Both the position numbers and the translations under genes were made by a program. Positions 47,594-58,509 of a DNA stretch of 64,000 nucleotides are shown here, in pieces. The stretch comes from an uncultured Thalassospiraceae bacterium (GTDB taxonomy: Bacteria; Pseudomonadota; Alphaproteobacteria; Rhodospirillales; 2-02-FULL-58-16), in NCBI GenBank assembly GCA_964632795.1, contig CAZWEZ010000002.1:28702-92701 (forward strand), read 5' to 3'. Within the stretch, counting starts at the first letter, position 1; each line of letters begins with the position of its first letter. The notes below the pieces were generated by a model that did no database searches, was not told where the DNA came from, and saw only the letters and a program-made list of their open reading frames with translations.

Positions 47594-48344
47594 TCACCTC
47601 GATTTAACGCCTCGGCCGGGGACACGGACCCGTTCAAGCAGATCGAGAAATTCTTGGACGTCAGCTTGGGCAAGATCATTGAACGGGTATGGACCGCCGA
47701 CCCATTTCTCGTGCACTTCGTTCATCAGAAATTTCCATCCCCTCATGTGAGACTTCCGGAACAATGGAAAAAAGCCAGTTCTCAAATTGTTTGGCCTCGA
47801 TCCGACCGGAATCAACTCTCTTGTGGCTCTCGCTTGCTGGCCAGTAGATCAGAGAGAGTTCCCAATCCCATCCAAACTCTTCAGGGAGTTCATTCCATAG
47901 GCTGGACTTCACGACAAATCCTAGAGGGCAATAAACGGAAAGTTCATCGTTGCGGAACGCCTTTAATAAATGCCCTTCTGTGTTTTCGAAACGCTCCCAT
48001 CTTCCGTAGTCGTCGGTCTCGTATTTTCGCACCTCGCCAATCTTGTTCAGCCAGGAAAAAACATCTCCCTGCCTGTTTTTTAGGTTAGCAATCTCCGAGT
48101 TAATCCATGAAATTTCATCTTTCCCCAGGACTTTTCTTAATTCATATTGCTTAGCATTAATCTCAAGATTGATAGCTTCAAGCTCTCGCTCAAGTGGAGC
48201 TCTCGCCTCCTTGATCGGTCTAGGATCAACAGCCTTACGGCCCCAAATTTCATAACCATTCTATTCTGAACCATACAACCGCATTCCAAGCGCATTAAAG
48301 GCATCCGACAGAAAGAAATCTCGGTGAAAACTTGATGAATTCAT
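47594..48344 (-). pseudogene. Disrupted partner gene of the HEPN-like gene (in-frame TAG plus homopolymer frameshift)
   Basis: The ATG at 48344 overlaps the upstream stop (ATGA). Codon 28 is TAG (48261-48263), yet the same frame continues as protein-like text into track ORF 47676..48032. At the A6 run (47768-47773) the plausible reading shifts into track ORF 47594..47815. I recognise no family. Confidence 0.55.
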
Positions 48345-49510
48345 GTGTTGCTATGCCTTTTGAATATCTTTGAGTTTTCTAGTCGAAGATCCATTACCGC
48401 TGGCCACTCACCCGGTGGCATTGCATTCAGATAACCGCCTGCCAAATGGCGGACAGCTTGAATGTAGATTTCAACAGAATTCTCTTGGTCCCGACCAATC
48501 AGATAAGGTTCTCGCCCGTGCGCAATTTGATTCCGATCAATCGTTAAATTCTTGAGTTTTTCACGTACCGGCTTCTCCACAAGATTTGTCGTTCGAATAG
48601 CCTTCGCTAATTTCGAAGGCGTACGTTTGAGTATTGCGATACTATGCTTACTGAGCATGATCTCGGTGGCGATACAGAGGTTGAGGATAGCTTTATCGTC
48701 CCGACCAGCCATGTAATCAGCCATCCCATCGTAAAATGCTAGCATTCCTTGGTCGGCTTTCCGTCTTTCTTGGGTATGATGCGCCGCAAGAAGCCACCAC
48801 CCCTTATTAAGTGGACTACCAAATCCAAGGGAAGGCTGATATTGGACAGCACCATACCATGTCGATTCAATTTCACCTGCTCCGCGATGCCGTAACTCTG
48901 TGGCAATGTTGAAATCTTTTGTGATCGCCCCACCCATTCTTAATGGCCCAAGCATCGGATTGTGGGACGCCCTAATCCACCATTGATGCGTATACTGGCT
49001 TATGTGATCTAGCAGAAGGTTCAGTATTTCTATCGCGTCTACCCCGTGTTGGACATCAAGGCGGAATGCTCGGCACCATTTAGCAGTGTCACTAACCCCG
49101 TGTTCCATCCTGACACCACGGACGGCACTTGATGGGAGTTGAACGGCTCTTTCGACACACTGTGTACCCTCCGGAACGAGTACTTCATTGAAAGCTCCAG
49201 ATGTTTCCGACTTCTCATCAACCGGAAAAGGGGGGTAAATTCGGACGATTTTTCCATCTCGTTGAATAGTCAAAACATCGGTAACTTCACCGACATCCAC
49301 CAAAATTGATGTTGGCCTGAGATATATGTGAGATTCAAAATCTGGTGCCAAGCTATCATGGTAAGCCTCGATTTTGCTATCCGACAAGTTGGGCCATTCA
49401 AGCCCTTTTTCGAGACTTTTCTCTTCGGACATGTGAGCTTTAACCCCATATTGGCACCAATCGCGGGAGATTTCTCCGACCGGAAAATGATCACTGTTTA
49501 TGTTTGACAC
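48341..49510 (-). CDS. HEPN-like (Rx4H) protein, possibly ApeA-like defence/toxin RNase
   Basis: The track ORF is 48341..49555. I prefer GTG at 49510, which is preceded by AGGAGG (49517-49522) with a 6-nt spacer. The C-terminal ~130 aa is a helical bundle carrying LTIDRNQIAHG (R341-x4-H346 in track numbering, nt 48518-48535). The N-terminal ~270 aa is unassigned. The gene is AT-rich. Confidence 0.6.
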   Translation of the reverse strand: MSNINSDHFPVGEISRDWCQYGVKAHMSEEKSLEKGLEWPNLSDSKIEAYHDSLAPDFESHIYLRPTSILVDVGEVTDVLTIQRDGKIVRIYPPFPVDEKSETSGAFNEVLVPEGTQCVERAVQLPSSAVRGVRMEHGVSDTAKWCRAFRLDVQHGVDAIEILNLLLDHISQYTHQWWIRASHNPMLGPLRMGGAITKDFNIATELRHRGAGEIESTWYGAVQYQPSLGFGSPLNKGWWLLAAHHTQERRKADQGMLAFYDGMADYMAGRDDKAILNLCIATEIMLSKHSIAILKRTPSKLAKAIRTTNLVEKPVREKLKNLTIDRNQIAHGREPYLIGRDQENSVEIYIQAVRHLAGGYLNAMPPGEWPAVMDLRLENSKIFKRHSNT

Positions 49511-49792
49511 CCCTTGCCTCCTACTAACCGTATAAGGTTTTCTATAGTTTTTCACTGTATCCTAGAAGAATGCAATTGGTTGATTTGTGATGGCATTATA
49601 CCTCGGCCACTTCTAGCTTCTCAATTCTGCATTACTATCTAGCAGAACCAGATAGCAGCGTGTCATATTCACCACAGGCTACGCTTTTTTTCTCCTCCTG
49701 GTGCTTCCACAGCGCTTCCACGAATGATTATTGTGTTGAGCATGAGGCACAGAAAAACCCCATAACCAATTGAGGTAATGGGGTTAATTTTG

Positions 49793-50536
<744 letters not shown>

Positions 50537-50544
<8 letters not shown>

Positions 50545-51595
50545 TTCCTTTCACCAGGACATCGATTACGGCTTGGCGGGTAACCCGGCCGATCGGCCGG
50601 CCGTCGTCGTCGACGATCGTTGCATCGATGTCGCCGTCGATCAGTTGGGGCGCCAAGGCGTCGATCTTGGTGTGGGCCGGAACCACGTTCGATGTCGCGG
50701 CGCCTTCATCCAGCGGCGTCATGACGGCCCGCGCCGAGAGAACCTTGGCCCGGGGAATGTCCTTGGTGAATTCCCTGACGTAGTCGGTCGCCGGCTCGAG
50801 GACCAGTCGCTCGGGCGATCCGGTTTGAATGATCAGGCCGTCCTTCATGATGGCGATCCGGTCGGCGACCCGGATCGCCTCGTCGAAATCGTGGGTGATG
50901 AAGACGATGGTCTTCTGCAGCAGGTTCTGAAGACGAAGGAATTCGTCCTGCATCTCGCGGCGGATCAACGGATCGAGGGCCGAGAACGGCTCATCCAGGA
51001 ACCACACGTCCGGCTCCACGGCCAGCGAGCGGGCGATCCCCACCCGCTGTTGCTGGCCGCCCGAGAGTTCCCTGGGGTAGTAGTTCTCACGCCCCTTGAG
51101 GCCGACCAGTTCGATCATTTCCATCGCCCGGTTGGTGCGTGTACCACGGTCGATGCCCTGGATTTCAAGGGGGAACGCGACGTTGCCGAGAACCGTCAGA
51201 TGGGGCAGAAGGGCGAAATGCTGGAACACCATGCCCATCTTGTGGCGGCGGATTTCGGTGAGTTCCTGTTCCGGGATCGCCAGCAGGTCCCGGCCCTCGA
51301 AGACGACCTCTCCCGCCGTCGGTTCGATCAGCCTCGACAGACAACGCACCAATGTCGATTTGCCGGAGCCCGACAAGCCCATGACGACGAAGATCTCCCC
51401 CTCGCCCACCTGCAGCGTCGCATCGCGCACCCCGACCACGAAGCCGCCCTCGGCAAGGGCTTCCTCGGAAGGGGAAAAATGGTGGTCGTCGAGGAACCGG
51501 CGCGGCTCCGGTCCGAAAACCTTCCATAGCTTCCGGCACGATATCTTGACACCGTCCGGGCCGGTGTTTGCCCGGTGTTCAGATGGCGATGGCAT
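50537..51595 (-). CDS. Glycine betaine/proline-type ABC transporter ATP-binding protein with C-terminal CBS pair (ProV/OpuAA-like)
   Basis: Has Walker A GLSGSGKST, signature LSGGQQQRV and Walker B VWFLDEPFSALD, followed by a CBS-like tail. The start was set at ATG 51595 within track ORF 50537..51652. Confidence 0.85.
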
Positions 51596-52385
51596 CTTCG
51601 TACCCGCCGCTTGCCGAGACCACCTCGATACCGGTGTCCGCGAACGGTCCAACCACGTCGGGATCCATGCAGTCGGTGATCAGCATGTCGATTCTCGAGG
51701 CCGGCAGGGCGGTGATCCGGTCGCGTTGCATCAATTTCCGCGTCGTCATGAGGATCACGGTTCTGGTGGCCTGTTCGCTCATCAGTCGGGCCAGGGTGGC
51801 ATCCGCTTCGTAGGAATAGGTCAATCCCTCGCCAAGGGACAGGCCTTCCGCGGCAATGAAGGCGCAATCGGCGTTGAACGCCCTCAACATGCTCTCGGCG
51901 AAATCCCCGGAGGTCCCCAGTGTCCGGTGGCGAACCCGCCCGCCCAGCAGATAGGCCGAAATGGCGGGGCTTTCGGATAACAATGTCGCGACATTGACCC
52001 CCGGGGTGGCGACCATGAGCGGCATCCCCGTCGCCACCAGTTCCCGGGCCAGCGCCAAGACGGTCGAACCGTCGTTGATCAGCAACGTCTGATCGGGTTC
52101 GATGAAATCCAGCGCCTTGCGGGCGATGACCCGCTTGGCGTCGGCGTCCAGTTGTTCGCGCAACGCGAAGGCCTGATCGGCCCCCCGGGGCGCCTTGATG
52201 GCGGCGCCGCCATGGGTCCGGCGGATCGAGCCTTCTTCTTCCAGGCTGTTGAGGTCGCGGCGGATGGTGGCGACCGATGCCCCGAACCGCCTGGAAAGAT
52301 CCTCGACGCTCACCGCGCCCTCCAGCATCAACTGACGCTGGATGGCCTGTCTCCGGGCCGTGGGATTGTAGCTTCGATCACCCAT
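51579..52385 (-). CDS. DeoR/GlpR family transcriptional regulator
   Basis: Has the N-terminal HTH VSVEDLSRRFGASVATIRRDLNSLEEEG and a C-terminal sugar-phosphate sensor domain. Confidence 0.85.
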   Translation of the reverse strand: MGDRSYNPTARRQAIQRQLMLEGAVSVEDLSRRFGASVATIRRDLNSLEEEGSIRRTHGGAAIKAPRGADQAFALREQLDADAKRVIARKALDFIEPDQTLLINDGSTVLALARELVATGMPLMVATPGVNVATLLSESPAISAYLLGGRVRHRTLGTSGDFAESMLRAFNADCAFIAAEGLSLGEGLTYSYEADATLARLMSEQATRTVILMTTRKLMQRDRITALPASRIDMLITDCMDPDVVGPFADTGIEVVSASGGYEDAIAI

Positions 52386-52387
52386 GT

Positions 52388-52450
52388 CACGATCATATAA
52401 TCACATAAACGATCATTCATTCCTAAATTTCGATCAAAATCAAGAACCAT
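52388..52450. promoter_or_regulatory. Array of CGATCA-containing direct repeats, candidate DeoR operators
   Basis: CGATCA occurs at 52390, 52410 and 52431 (spacing 20 and 21 bp), with a related TTTGATTGAT at 52450. All lie in the AT-rich divergent promoter region. Confidence 0.35.
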
Positions 52451-52589
52451 TTTGATTGATTTATTGCCGAATGGGGTGCTAGCATCCTCCCACAGTTCTG
52501 CCGCGACCTTTCCGGGGCGCCTCGGCGCTTCACCGAATCAAACACGATGGTTCCGCTTTGAACTCGAGGAAAACAGGGAGGTAGAAATC

Positions 52590-53570
52590 ATGCTCGGAAG
52601 ATGTCGTCACTTATTGGCCAGCGCAATCGTCGTCGGGCTGCTGGCCGGGGTCGGGAGCCTTGGGGTTTCCCGGACCGCCGACGCCGGCGTGCCGGAATCC
52701 AAGGATACCATCAAGATCGTGATCATGGGTTATTCCGGCGACAACATCATCATGTACATCTACGGCAAACTGATCGAGAAGCTGGGTTATAACATCGAGT
52801 ATACGCCCGCCGACTATCTCGGCCAGTTCGCCGGTCTGGAAGCCGGAGATCTCCACATCGGCTCGCCGGGTTGGGACACCACCGCCAAGGCCGCCATGGC
52901 CGCCGCCTGGGGGTCGGGCAAGGTGCTCAACATGGGGAACATGGGGATCGCGGTCAACGAGGACTGGTGGTATCCCCTTTACGTCAAGGACAAATGCCCC
53001 GGCCTTCCCGATTGGAAAGCGTTGCTCGACCCCACCTGCGCCGAGTCGCTTTCGGTGGCCGAGACCTCGCCCAAGGGGCGGTTCCTGAGCGGCCCCATCG
53101 AGTGGGGCGGCCATGACGCCGAGAGGGTCGAAGCCCTGAATCTGCCGTTCGAGGTCATCCATGCCGGCAGCGACGGCGCGCTCACCGCCGAGTTCGTCGC
53201 CTCCATCAAGCGCAAGCAGCCGATCGTCGGCTGGACCTGGGAGCCTTTCTGGCTGCCGGCGCTCTTTGAGGGCGAGTTCGTGGTATGGCCGGACTATGAC
53301 GATGCCTGCTACGAGGATGCGAGCTGGGGCCCCAATCCCGATAAGACCCATGATTGCGGCCGTCCGCGCGGCTTCATGTGGAAGTCCGCCTGGGCCGGCG
53401 GCGAATCCATCTGGCCGAAAGCCTATGATGTATGGCGCAAATTCAATCTCGACGCCAAGACCATGGGTGAAATGGTCAATAAAAGCGACATCGAGGGGGT
53501 GCCCACAGAACAGGTCGCCCAGGATTGGATCGACAGCCACCAAAGCACCTGGAAGTCCTGGCTCGAATAA
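52590..53570 (+). CDS. ABC transporter substrate-binding protein, glycine betaine (OpuAC/ProX) fold family
   Basis: A 326-aa product from ATG 52590, preceded by AGGGAGG. It has a signal peptide. Aromatic-rich text (WWYPLYV, GWTWEPFW) is typical of OpuAC-type binding proteins. Confidence 0.75.
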   Translation: MLGRCRHLLASAIVVGLLAGVGSLGVSRTADAGVPESKDTIKIVIMGYSGDNIIMYIYGKLIEKLGYNIEYTPADYLGQFAGLEAGDLHIGSPGWDTTAKAAMAAAWGSGKVLNMGNMGIAVNEDWWYPLYVKDKCPGLPDWKALLDPTCAESLSVAETSPKGRFLSGPIEWGGHDAERVEALNLPFEVIHAGSDGALTAEFVASIKRKQPIVGWTWEPFWLPALFEGEFVVWPDYDDACYEDASWGPNPDKTHDCGRPRGFMWKSAWAGGESIWPKAYDVWRKFNLDAKTMGEMVNKSDIEGVPTEQVAQDWIDSHQSTWKSWLE

Positions 53571-53664
53571 GCGGGGCATTTACAGTAGCGGTCGATCCGC
53601 GCGAAAACAGACGGCGGCCGGTGTGATCATACCGGTCGCCGCCCTTTTCCGGGCACTGGACCTT

Positions 53665-53697
53665 ATACCAAGGGTCATTATCAGTGCCCCTTGGTAT
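53665..53697. repeat. Short REP-like hairpin (ATACCAAGGG...CCCTTGGTAT)
   Basis: A 10-bp stem with a 13-nt loop. It is an inverted copy of the element at 37053-37085. Confidence 0.45.
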
Positions 53698-53706
53698 TAG
53701 TATGCG

Positions 53707-55719
53707 ATGACGTCGATCACTATCGCCGATAAGTCCAATACCGTTCATCTCAGGCCCGGCACGGCGGCGATCCTGCTCGCTCTGGCGGCGACGGTCCTGC
53801 TCATGTGGTTCAACGGCATGGTGCCGTGGGCCATGGAATATCCGGACCCCTGGGTGGTTCATGTCGATCGCTGGTTGACCATCTCGTTCAAGTGGCTGGT
53901 CAACGATGCCGATCTCGGACTGTTTACCTTCAAGGAGATGACCCGGGCCTTTGGGGCGATGCTCGACGCCCCGGTCCTCTTTCTGAAGGGTTTGCTCTCG
54001 ACCGGGTTCAAGTTCGAGAGCGAGGACGGCTTGGTCCTCAAATTCCCGCCGCTTTCATGGATCGGCGTCATCGCCGTTTTCACCCTGATCGGAATATCCC
54101 TCGGCAACTGGCGCCTGGTCGTCTTCATTGCCGCCTCCTTTATCTACGTCGCCCTCATCGGTCTCTGGGAAAGCACGATGCTGACCTTCGCCTCGATCAT
54201 CGTCGCCGTGGTGATCGGGGTGGTGACGGGGGTGCTGCTGGGGATAGCGGCCTATCGCTGGAAGCCGGTGGACATGATCCTGACGCCGGTCTTCGACTTC
54301 ATGCAGACGATGCCGGTCTTCGCTTATCTGGTGCCGGCCCTGATGCTGTTCGGCTACGGCCCCGCCGCCGCCATGGTGGTGACCCTGATCTACGCCATGC
54401 CGCCCATGGCGCGCGTCACCAAGATCTCTCTCGGCCAGGTTCGCGAGGAGACGGTGGAGTTCGGCAGGATGGCGGGATGCTCGCGACGCCAATTGACGTG
54501 GAAGGTCATGTTGCCGTCGATCCGTCCCCGCCTCATGGTCGGCGTCAACCAGGTCATCATGCTGACCTTGAACATGGTGATCATCGCTTCGATGATCGGC
54601 GCCGGTGGGCTTGGCTTCAATGTCTGGCAATCCCTGAAGGCGCTCAGGATCGGCCAGGGCGCCGAGGCGGGAATCGCCATCACCCTGGTCGCCATCGTTC
54701 TCGACCGCATCAGCCAGCGCTACGCCGCCCGCCGTCCGGAGCATAAGGACACCCCGGAAACCTTTGCCATGCGCCACCGGTTTCTGATCGCCGCCGCCGG
54801 GTTCGCCGTCGTCTTCACGGTGATCGGTCTCAGGGTGCCCGCCGTGGCAACGGTGCCCGAGGATTGGATAATGTCCACCGGGCGTTTCTGGGACAACATC
54901 ATCGATTGGATCAACCTCAATCTCTATGTCTATATCCGCGCCGTGCGCGACTCGTTCTTCATTTACCTTTTGAAGCCCTTCAAGCATTTCATGCTGTCCC
55001 TGCCCTGGCTCGGCGTGACGCTGATCCTGGCCGCCATCGGCTACCGCCTCGGCGGTTGGCGCCTTGCCCTTCTGGAGGTCGGGCTGATCGGCTTCATCGC
55101 CGTCGTGGGTTTATGGGAAAAGGCGATGATCTCGGCCTATCTGGTCGGCGTATGCGTTTTGCTGGCGAGCCTGATCGGCATCCCCATCGGCATCGCGGCG
55201 TCTAGAAACGACCGCCTCGATCGTATCGTCGCGGTGATTATCGACACCCTGCAGACCCTGCCGGCGTTCGTCTATCTTATCCCGGTGATCATGCTGTTCA
55301 GCGTCGGCGATTTCTCGGCCATGATCGCGGTCGTGCTGTATGCCGTGGTGCCGGCGATCCGCTACACCAACCACGGCCTGCGCCAGGTGCCCGAGGATGT
55401 CATGGAAGCGTCCCGCTCCATGGGCTGCACCCAAAGCCAGATTCTATGGCGGGTGCAACTTCCCCTGGCCCTTCCCGACATCATGCTGGGCATCAACCAG
55501 ACCCTGATGATGGGGCTCTCCATGCTGGTGATCACGGCGCTGGTGGGCACCCGCGATCTTGGCCAGGAAACATTGATCGCGCTTTCCACGGTGGATCCGG
55601 GACGGGGACTGACCGCCGGTATCTGCGTGGCATTCATCGCCATCGCCGCCGATCGCCTGATCAACGCCTGGGCGAGACGGCGAAAGAAGGAACTCGGACT
55701 GGATGACTCGAACATCTAG
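53707..55719 (+). CDS. Fused double ABC transporter permease (ProW/OpuAB-like, two BPD domains)
   Basis: A 670-aa product containing two repeats of the permease core. EAA-like loops occur at EFGRMAGCSRRQLTWKVMLP and EASRSMGCTQSQILWRVQLP. Confidence 0.85.
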   Translation: MTSITIADKSNTVHLRPGTAAILLALAATVLLMWFNGMVPWAMEYPDPWVVHVDRWLTISFKWLVNDADLGLFTFKEMTRAFGAMLDAPVLFLKGLLSTGFKFESEDGLVLKFPPLSWIGVIAVFTLIGISLGNWRLVVFIAASFIYVALIGLWESTMLTFASIIVAVVIGVVTGVLLGIAAYRWKPVDMILTPVFDFMQTMPVFAYLVPALMLFGYGPAAAMVVTLIYAMPPMARVTKISLGQVREETVEFGRMAGCSRRQLTWKVMLPSIRPRLMVGVNQVIMLTLNMVIIASMIGAGGLGFNVWQSLKALRIGQGAEAGIAITLVAIVLDRISQRYAARRPEHKDTPETFAMRHRFLIAAAGFAVVFTVIGLRVPAVATVPEDWIMSTGRFWDNIIDWINLNLYVYIRAVRDSFFIYLLKPFKHFMLSLPWLGVTLILAAIGYRLGGWRLALLEVGLIGFIAVVGLWEKAMISAYLVGVCVLLASLIGIPIGIAASRNDRLDRIVAVIIDTLQTLPAFVYLIPVIMLFSVGDFSAMIAVVLYAVVPAIRYTNHGLRQVPEDVMEASRSMGCTQSQILWRVQLPLALPDIMLGINQTLMMGLSMLVITALVGTRDLGQETLIALSTVDPGRGLTAGICVAFIAIAADRLINAWARRRKKELGLDDSNI

Positions 55720-57277
55720 GGCGGACGGGGACAGGCCGCGGGCGGTCGTCATCGGCGGCGGCGCCACGGGGTGCGGGGTGGCGCGCGATCTGGTCCTGCG
55801 CGGGCTCGACGTCACGCTGGTCGAGTACGGCGATCTGGGCAGCGGGACCAGCAGCCGCTTCCACGGCATGTTGCAGAGCGGCGCCCGCTATGTCGTAAGC
55901 GATACACGATACGCCGCCGAATGCATGGAGGAGCGGCGTATCGTCGCCGGCCTCGTTGCCAACGCGGTCGAGCTGAGCGGCGGATTGTTCGTCGCCCTCG
56001 ATGAAGACCCTCCCGAGTTCGCGGACCGCTTCGCGCAAGGGTGCCGGTCGGCCCGGATTCCGGTCGAGGAACTCGATCCCGGCCGTGTCATGAGTGACCA
56101 GCCCGCCATCAGCCGCCGCGTCGTCCGCGCCTTTTCGGTTCCCGACGCGACGATCAATTCGTGGCGGCTGGTCAACTCGCTGGCCGACGACATCCAGGGG
56201 CGGGGCGGGCTCGTCCTGTCCCGCCATCAGGTCACGGCGATCGATGTCCGGGGAGGCCGGGTGCGGGCCGTCATCGTCAAGGGAAACGGAAGCGAGCGCC
56301 GCATCGAGACCGACATCGTCGTCAACGCCTCGGGTTCGTGGTCGGCCCGCGTCGCCGCGCTGGCCGATCAACGGGTCGATCTGGAGTTGACCAAGGGGGC
56401 GATCATCGTCCTGGCCCATCGCCTCGTCGGGGCCGTGGTCAACCGCTGCCGGCCGCCATCCAGCCACGACATCATCGTTCCGACGGGTACCGTAAGCCTG
56501 TTCGGAACCACTTCCGAAGTGGTCGAGGACCCGGACACGACGACGGTCGGGGCGGCCGAAATTCAGGTGTTGCTGGACGGCGCCGAACCCCTCATCCCCG
56601 GCATCCGGCAGTATCGGGCCTTGCGCGCCTGGGCGGGTGTCCGCCCGCTGGTCAAGCCGGCCGATTGGCCGGACGGCACTCCCCTGTCGAGACGCCATCA
56701 GGTGATCGATCACGCCGAGGACGGTCTTCACGGTTTCTTCACGGTCTGCGGCGGCTCCCTGACCACCCACCGCTCGATGGCCGAGGATGTGGGCAACCAT
56801 GTCTGCCGGCAATTGGGACTCTCCCGACCTTGCCGGACGGCGACCACGCCGTTGGGGGAGGACGGCGCTCGAGACCACTGGCGGCCCACGGAAAATTACC
56901 AGCGCCTTGAACGCGAGGGCAGGTTCGACATCCCGATTTGTGAATGCGAAGCGGTCGATGGGGCGGCCATTTCCGAACTCATCGAGACCCGGGGCATGAA
57001 ACGGCTTCACGACCTCAGGCGCCGGCTGCGGATCGGCTTCGGGCCGTGCCAGGGGACGTTCTGCGGCCCCCGCGTGGCGGGACTGCTGGCCGAAGCCGAT
57101 CCCGATTTCCGGACCGAAGCGGAACTCGGACGCTTCTGGAGCGAACGCCTGAAGGGCATGGCGCTGACCGCGTGGGGGGAACAGGCGCGACAGCTTCTCC
57201 TCAGCGACGCGGTCTATCGCGAAACGCTGGGCATCCGGCTGGGCCGGGAAATCTTGCCGGCCGAGGATCATCGATGA
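55703..57277 (+). CDS. glpA: Anaerobic glycerol-3-phosphate dehydrogenase subunit A-like FAD oxidoreductase
   Basis: Has the FAD motif VVIGGGATGCGVARDL, the block GTSSRFHGMLQSGARY, and a C-terminal BFD-like 2Fe-2S segment (CECEAV...GPCQGTFC). It overlaps the permease gene's end by 17 nt. Confidence 0.8.
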   Translation: MTRTSRADGDRPRAVVIGGGATGCGVARDLVLRGLDVTLVEYGDLGSGTSSRFHGMLQSGARYVVSDTRYAAECMEERRIVAGLVANAVELSGGLFVALDEDPPEFADRFAQGCRSARIPVEELDPGRVMSDQPAISRRVVRAFSVPDATINSWRLVNSLADDIQGRGGLVLSRHQVTAIDVRGGRVRAVIVKGNGSERRIETDIVVNASGSWSARVAALADQRVDLELTKGAIIVLAHRLVGAVVNRCRPPSSHDIIVPTGTVSLFGTTSEVVEDPDTTTVGAAEIQVLLDGAEPLIPGIRQYRALRAWAGVRPLVKPADWPDGTPLSRRHQVIDHAEDGLHGFFTVCGGSLTTHRSMAEDVGNHVCRQLGLSRPCRTATTPLGEDGARDHWRPTENYQRLEREGRFDIPICECEAVDGAAISELIETRGMKRLHDLRRRLRIGFGPCQGTFCGPRVAGLLAEADPDFRTEAELGRFWSERLKGMALTAWGEQARQLLLSDAVYRETLGIRLGREILPAEDHR

Positions 57278-58506
57278 ACACCGATATTCTCATCTTCGGC
57301 GCCGAGCTTGACGCATTGATCGCCGCCCTTCGCCTGTCGCAACGCGGTCACGGTGTCCGCGTGCTGGCCGCCGGCGCCGGTTCCCTGCACTACGCGCCCG
57401 GCGGCATCCATATGCTCGGATACCTCTCCGAGGGTGACGGCGAGGCGGTGTCTTCGCCGATGGCCGGCATTTCGGCGCTGGACGTCCGCCATCCGTACCG
57501 GCTGCTTGGCGCGGAGCGGATCGAAAGCGCGCTGGACTGGTTCTTCGCCGCCGCCGGGAAGGCCGGCCTGAAGTTCCGGGTCAACGGAGCCAACGTCACG
57601 GCGCTGACCCCCGCCGGCCTGGGCTTGCCGGTGTACGCGCCGACGGAGAAGCAGGCGACGATGGAGGACCTGCGCGGCCGAAAAGTGGCGGTCGTCCGAT
57701 TTCGCGGCCATCGCGACCTGCCCGCCGGTATCGTCGTATCCGGGCTGTCGCGCCAAGGCATCGAGACCACCCTGGTGACCGTCGATCCCCCCGGCCCGAG
57801 CCCCGAAAGCATCGACATGGCAAGGGCCTTCGACGGCCAGGCCGACTTCGGAAAGTACTTCGCCGGGATAAAAGCCTGTTTTCCCGAAGGGACCGAATGC
57901 GCCCTGTTCCCGGCCGTGCTTGGACTCGATTCTCACAACCGGGTCGCCGGCGAAGCGGAAGCGGCCCTGGGGATGCCGTGCCTCGAGGTTCCCACGTTGC
58001 CGCCAAGCGTTCCCGGCATCCGCCTGTACCGGGCGTTGACGCGGGAACTCGAGCGCAATGGGGTCTTGCTCCACCTTGGCGTCGAGGCCGGCGAAATCAT
58101 TGCCGGCGATGGGAAATGCACGGCGGTCAGGGACGACATGGGCCGGGTGTACGAGGCTTCCGCCTTCATCGTCGCCACGGGCGGAGTCCTGATGGGAGGA
58201 CTGGACGTCGATTCCTTCGGAAAGGTCCGTGAGACCACGTTCGCCCTGGAGGTCTTTCAGGGGGCGCCGCTGGACGCCCAAACGGTCGATCGGTCCCTGG
58301 CCGCGTTGCACCAAAGCGGCGTCGAATGCGACGCCAGCCTGCGCCCGGTGGCCGGCGGCAAGCGCGTCCATGACAACCTTTTCGTCACCGGCCGCACGCT
58401 GGGCCACTGGAATCCTTCCCTCGAGGCGTCTTCCGAGGGGGTTTCCATCGCCACCGGATGGGCGGCGGCGGAAGAAGCCCGGATATACCTTGAGGGGGAG
58501 GGTTGA
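57274..58506 (+). CDS. glpB: Anaerobic glycerol-3-phosphate dehydrogenase subunit B-like protein
   Basis: A 410-aa product from ATG 57274, overlapping the glpA stop (ATGA). The N-terminal DILIFGAELDALIAALRLSQRGHGVRVLAAGAGSLHY resembles GlpB. Confidence 0.7.
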   Translation: MNTDILIFGAELDALIAALRLSQRGHGVRVLAAGAGSLHYAPGGIHMLGYLSEGDGEAVSSPMAGISALDVRHPYRLLGAERIESALDWFFAAAGKAGLKFRVNGANVTALTPAGLGLPVYAPTEKQATMEDLRGRKVAVVRFRGHRDLPAGIVVSGLSRQGIETTLVTVDPPGPSPESIDMARAFDGQADFGKYFAGIKACFPEGTECALFPAVLGLDSHNRVAGEAEAALGMPCLEVPTLPPSVPGIRLYRALTRELERNGVLLHLGVEAGEIIAGDGKCTAVRDDMGRVYEASAFIVATGGVLMGGLDVDSFGKVRETTFALEVFQGAPLDAQTVDRSLAALHQSGVECDASLRPVAGGKRVHDNLFVTGRTLGHWNPSLEASSEGVSIATGWAAAEEARIYLEGEG

Positions 58507-58509
58507 GCC

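Noticed and set aside
48261-48263. The in-frame TAG as a pyrrolysine codon, considered because MttB-family genes are in the window.
   Set aside because: Both MttB paralogs here have uninterrupted frames (the non-Pyl type), and no pylTSBCD-like genes are seen. The gene carrying the TAG also has a homopolymer frameshift and is unrelated to methyltransferases. Pseudogenisation is the simpler reading.
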